The position numbers and the translations under genes are program-made. Under the pieces are notes generated by a model. It ran no database searches. It worked only from the letters and a program-made list of their open reading frames with translations, and had not been told where the DNA came from. Below, piece after piece: positions 63,864-64,000 of a DNA stretch of 64,000 bases (the first letter of the stretch is position 1; every line of letters begins with the position of its first letter). Source of the stretch: an uncultured Verrucomicrobiales bacterium (GTDB lineage: Bacteria > Verrucomicrobiota > Verrucomicrobiia > Verrucomicrobiales > Akkermansiaceae); the NCBI GenBank assembly GCA_949372665.1, contig CASIAV010000031.1, positions 8,699 through 72,698 of the forward strand, written 5' to 3'.

Positions 63864-64000
63864 ATGGGTATTTTTCCGCAATCGATTCGCTGGCGTATTC
63901 AGCTTTGGTATCTCCTTCTTTTGGCGGTGATTATCGCGGCGTTGTTGGCAGCATTTCATCGTAACCAACGTGAGATTAAATATCAGGTTCTTGATCGCGA
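63864..64000 (+). CDS. Sensor histidine kinase, 5' end only (runs off the window)
   Basis: ATG at 63864, directly after the regulator stop. My translation is MGIFPQSIRWRIQLWYLLLLAVIIAALLAAFHRNQREIKYQVLDR. The SIRWRxxLWY start plus a TM helix is typical of kinases paired with OmpR-type regulators. Confidence 0.55.
   Translation, partial: MGIFPQSIRWRIQLWYLLLLAVIIAALLAAFHRNQREIKYQVLDR

Noticed and set aside
1-64000. Mobile elements, prophage or defence islands (transposase, integrase, restriction, toxin-antitoxin, retron).
   Set aside because: No ORF shows DDE/HUH/tyrosine-recombinase, nuclease-helicase or TA-like motifs. No inverted terminal repeats or att-like direct repeats were seen flanking any block.

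Overview
This 64-kb chromosomal segment has gene content typical of the PVC superphylum (Verrucomicrobiota/Planctomycetota). It is almost fully coding on both strands (about 38 genes). I found no rRNA, tRNA, CRISPR array, transposase or integrase. Roughly 30 kb is taken up by one recurring two-gene theme of unknown function. Four complete pairs combine a large secreted two-CxxCH protein (PSCyt1-DUF1549-DUF1553) with a twin-arginine DUF1501 partner. A fifth DUF1501 sits next to a Big_2-type gene that runs off the window. Three further pairs combine a large two-CxxCH protein of the DUF1587/1595/1592/1588/1585 type with a twin-arginine DUF1552 partner. Most pairs are joined by 4-nt ATGA stop/start overlaps. 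The large subunits are collinear except for a swappable central insert (discoidin, LamG, jelly-roll or golvesin-like). Between the pairs lie glycan-processing-type genes: an S1 sulfatase with a CxPxR motif, three GQSNM sialate-O-acetylesterase-like paralogs and two metallophosphoesterases. Other genes between the pairs:
- A 1472-aa CotH/lamin-tail-domain protein.
- Two PVC-type dehydrogenase/HEAT/CxxCH proteins, one of them a 1878-aa fusion with a ceramidase-like domain and two LamG domains.
- A four-gene operon linked by ATGA overlaps: DJ-1/PfpI, Tat TIM-barrel, penta-heme cytochrome c and beta-propeller.
- An AT-richer Fe(III) ABC transporter operon (fbpABC-like) with a frameshifted permease and a duplicated 5' permease fragment.
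- An OmpR-type two-component system at the right edge.
Smaller signals are a gene remnant, a split DUF1549/DUF1553 gene, a 9-bp tandem repeat in a divergent promoter, a Fur-box-like palindrome and a C9/G8-flanked direct repeat. All domain calls come from motif recognition by eye. None was confirmed by a database search.
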